A DNA stretch of 63,884 bases, counting the filler, from Folioceros fuciformis (Eukaryota): NCBI GenBank assembly GCA_049999805.1. It is 7 parts of 7 records of this genome, joined end to end, with 100 filler letters (N's around TTAATTAATTAA, not from the genome) between each part and the next. Parts side by side here need not be neighbours in the genome. Positions count along the whole stretch, not along the records: positions 59,094 to 60,897 come from JBNGIO010001066.1; positions 60,998 to 63,884 come from JBNGIO010001067.1; 5 more parts are not named here. One strand, written 5' to 3'. The notes below the pieces were generated by a model. It was not told the DNA's origin and made no database searches. It saw nothing but the letters and a program-made list of their open reading frames with translations. Positions 60,777-63,884 of this stretch are shown one piece after another; the stretch's first letter is position 1; each line of letters opens with the position of its first letter. The translations under genes were made by a program, and so were the position numbers.

Positions 60777-60897
60777 TTAAAGATATATAATATTAAATGA
60801 TTAAATAATAATATAATAATATTAAATAATAAAATAATGGTTTGAACATAGGAACGGGTATTTGGGTATGTCAGTGTCAGGGGTCAGGGTCTGACGA

Positions 60898-60997
60898 NNN
60901 NNNNNNNNNNNNNNNNNNNNNNNNNNNNNNNNNNNNNNNNNTTAATTAATTAANNNNNNNNNNNNNNNNNNNNNNNNNNNNNNNNNNNNNNNNNNNN
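60898..60997. other. Artificial contig spacer
   Basis: N44-TTAATTAATTAA-N44. Confidence 0.97.
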
Positions 60998-61655
60998 GAA
61001 GGTGTGCGCCAGTAGACCGGCGCACACCCACCTCAAAGCAGTCAGTCCCTTCATTTCTTGAGTGAGAGAGGAAGGTGTGATCCAATGAGAAAAGCCACCA
61101 GGATCAAGCGTCCATCCGAAGCGCGCTTGACATCAAACAGGGTCTGCAAATACATTTCTTGCTCTGTCCTGCACAGGTTTAGAAATCGATATCTCAAATC
61201 CCGAAAGCCTGGTTTGCCTAAGGATCTGAGACACTGCTTTGCACAACACAGTCTTTGGTAATCTGCAAAAATGCGGATCTCAGAACACTTTTCCTCAGGT
61301 ACAGTCGAGATTTTTTTCTTCCGACTGCGTCGATGATCTCCAGGAACTTCAATCAAGGACTCGGATGATGGTTTTAGATTGTATGTTTTTTGCGACGATG
61401 TGCCCGTCGTCCTGACCGGGTCTACGGCCAAGACATCCCTTGCTTCGGCTTTGGGTTGGAAGCGCTCTCCGGTCGATTCTCCTGGTACCCTGTGTCCACT
61501 CGCAATTCTTCTGCATCCGAATCATCAAAGTCCCTGTGCAAGATTGTGCGATCTGCATTCCGCTTCAGAGGTGTTGTTTTCATGGTCGCTGGCATGAAAG
61601 GATACTGGCTTCGCAAAGGGCTTGTCGGCGTATGGATGTCGTCACGAAGACTCAC
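60998..61655 (-). pseudogene. Frameshifted N-terminal fragment of a possible DNA-transposon transposase (Sola-like Cys pattern)
   Basis: CCAKQCL...RYRFLNLCRTEQEMYL and, after a frame change, WVCAGLLAHTF. The family call rests on motif recall only. Confidence 0.35.
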
Positions 61656-62216
61656 CCGTACAGGAGACTGTCAGAAGTTGATGTCGATTCCTTCAGAATC
61701 ATCGGGAACAAAGTAGCAAGACGGGAACAGCGAAGATCAGACTATCAACTTCAACAAACGAAAGCCCGTCTTCAACCGAAGTCGTGGCCTACCTTAAGAA
61801 ATGAACTCCGATGCTTTCGTAGGCACCACGTCGCCTGAGGAAGAAGCCTGCCAATCCAGGCCAATGTCGCACTGATTAACCGCAAAGGAGCTTCCTTGCA
61901 GGATACATTCTCCCGTCACTCACCGATTCATTGAATACATGTTACGCTGACATAATTAAGCCGCATTTTCGATATGAATGTTTGATCACTAAAACAAGTA
62001 GCTGTTATTTATCGGGAATGGTGCCTTTAATCGTTGTTCTAACATAAATGCAGAAGACGTTGCTCAAACACGCTTCCTATTTCAAGCAACACACATTCAA
62101 CTTCACTGTTGATTATAAATCTTTTCGTTCAAAGCTTTAGTCGTTGCTGAGCGCTTCTGCATCAGCTCTGGTCATTTGAAGTTTTCTCGTTCGCTTCCTC
62201 TCCTGCGCAGGTGAAA

Positions 62217-63884
62217 ATGGCAGCAGGCCGGCGAAGCAACAAGCATTTGAATGCAGCTATTGATCTGGAAGTATTGGAGCCAAGGAAACCAAGACAGGGG
62301 GCAAAAGCATTAGCTCGCGCTACATCTGACCCAATCATCGAGAGAGAGAACCAGCGGTGACCATCGATCACAGTAGGAGATGTTACACCACTGCCAACAG
62401 CGCTCGCATTGAGGAAAGACAATTCAAGAGGGAGCGTCCGTGCCTCGAACAGCAAAGCTAGCGAGGTTCATGTTAACCAGGTGCCTGTAAATGTGACTCA
62501 GGGTGGCAGCACTAGTGGTAGTCAGAACCACAATATTCCAAATGCTTACAACTTCGTTGAGCGCTTGAAGCTAAAGAAACTTGAAGACACGCTTGCTAAA
62601 AGGTTCAACACAGACAAAGAGTGGTTTTTAGTGATCGAAGAGGAGCCAGAAGACTAGAGTTTGCGGTGGGTGCCGCTCAGGGCTCTGTGGATTAACAGTT
62701 TCCAAGGCCTGCCAGACGATGAGGCAGGGAGGCCTAGGTGGATTCTCTGTGCATCCGTTGACGGCGTGGAAGACGAAACACACGTCAATTACATTTGCAC
62801 GCACCCACCAAGCCATATCACCGATGACTACGATAGCCACAGCCTGATTGTGGTAAATGTGAACCGATGTGAACCGATGTGGCTAAAAACGGCTTTGAAA
62901 GATTGTCTAAGTGTGCAAGATGTTAGTATATGCTTAGCTTAATCATTTTTTTCTGTTCATTACCCAGCAGTTTATTATCCATCATGATGTTGCTTATTCA
63001 TTTTGGCTTAATACCCGAGCAAACCCAAAACCCTAATTACTGGCTTGTTGTGGGTGTAACAGGGAGGCGAATAGTTCTGCCGAACTGTCTTGCGATTCTG
63101 TGCTGATTGTGTCCTCAAGAACCGCGCGCTTGCATCCAGGGTTGTCGGGGAGCGCCAACAAATTGCGACAATCGTAGATTTTACTACCAGCGCAGGAAGA
63201 GTGACAAGGAAGCAAGTGGAGATGCCACGCCTGCAGCCAGAACTGTCTGAAGAGGAGTTGCGAGAGGTTGAGGAGCTGAGCTTAGACGAGGAGAAGGAGA
63301 TGGGAGGTTACTCCTTGACAGAGTACAACCTCAACGAGGCCATGGAAGGTGGAAGAGGCTCACAGCCTGACCGGGAAGAAGAGGAGGAATCGCCGGTGGA
63401 GATCACGCTCCCCAGAAAGCAGCAGAAGACGGTGCGCCGGCCTACCGACATCCTACTCATGAAGAAGAAGACGGCCATGACCTCTCCTGCGAGGTCTCGA
63501 AAAAGAGCCACGGGTGGGTATCTTGCTAATCGGTCTGCAATGTGGTCGGGTCTGGTTTCCTTACTGTCTGGTTTTTTGTCGTGAATATTTGTTGCAACAA
63601 TTGTTGTGGTGTCATTGCAGCTTCACCACATAAGAGGAAGAGCAGGTCGGCAGGGCCTGCCAACAAGGCCTCTGCGAGGCGAAAGCAGAGGCGGTAGGCT
63701 CAAGGGCCTAGTTTCGAGGACAAGTCGCCCCGAACAGTTGAGACCGATGCTGAGAGAATGGAGAGGGTTGCGCAGGATGAGGACTACCTCAACACTGTTT
63801 GCAGAAGAGCCCATGCGAAAAGGATCAGGTTGACCACGTTCGATCTTCATGTGGATATCCTCCACCCTACAAGCTATATCACAG
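62217..63884 (+). pseudogene. Spliced ORF of unknown family with four in-frame premature stops
   Basis: ATG at 62217 after a splice acceptor. Introns 62922-63062 and about 63514-63620 preserve the frame. Stops are TGA 62358, TAG 62655, TAG 63072 and TAG 63695. Confidence 0.6.

Noticed and set aside
62217-63884. Premature stops repaired by U-to-C editing
   Set aside because: PPR-mediated editing is organellar and this ORF has spliceosomal introns. Methylation-driven mutation is the simpler explanation.

Overview
Gene-dense nuclear DNA from a seed-free land plant, most likely a hornwort (Anthoceros-like). The basis is compact genes, mostly 75-110 nt introns, TTTAGGG repeats and a GRP-like DYW:KP PPR protein. 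The window is not one contiguous locus: seven segments are joined by identical artificial 100-nt spacers (N44-TTAATTAATTAA-N44), so adjacency across them means nothing. Recognisable genes are a class III peroxidase, CDT1, DUF538, (6-4) photolyase UVR3, a PITH-domain protein, two PLS-class PPR genes, a conserved unknown protein, a BROX-like protein, DPH6, FAD synthetase (partial), starch synthase 4, APE1, PSB28, a class II TCP (partial), a DUF26 protein, a membrane-anchored pseudokinase and METTL10 (partial). Decayed gypsy, copia and DNA-transposon relics are also present. Five signals stand out. (1) A multi-exon cAMP-dependent protein kinase regulatory subunit gene, largely missed by the ORF track, lies in an AT-rich island with a CpG-free 5' region. 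(2) A PPR with a variant DYW:KP domain is a candidate U-to-C RNA editing factor. (3) The class II TCP carries a miR319-type target site. (4) One gene has a U12-type intron. (5) The receptor-like kinase has lost most catalytic motifs. All calls come from reading the sequence by eye; no database searches were run.
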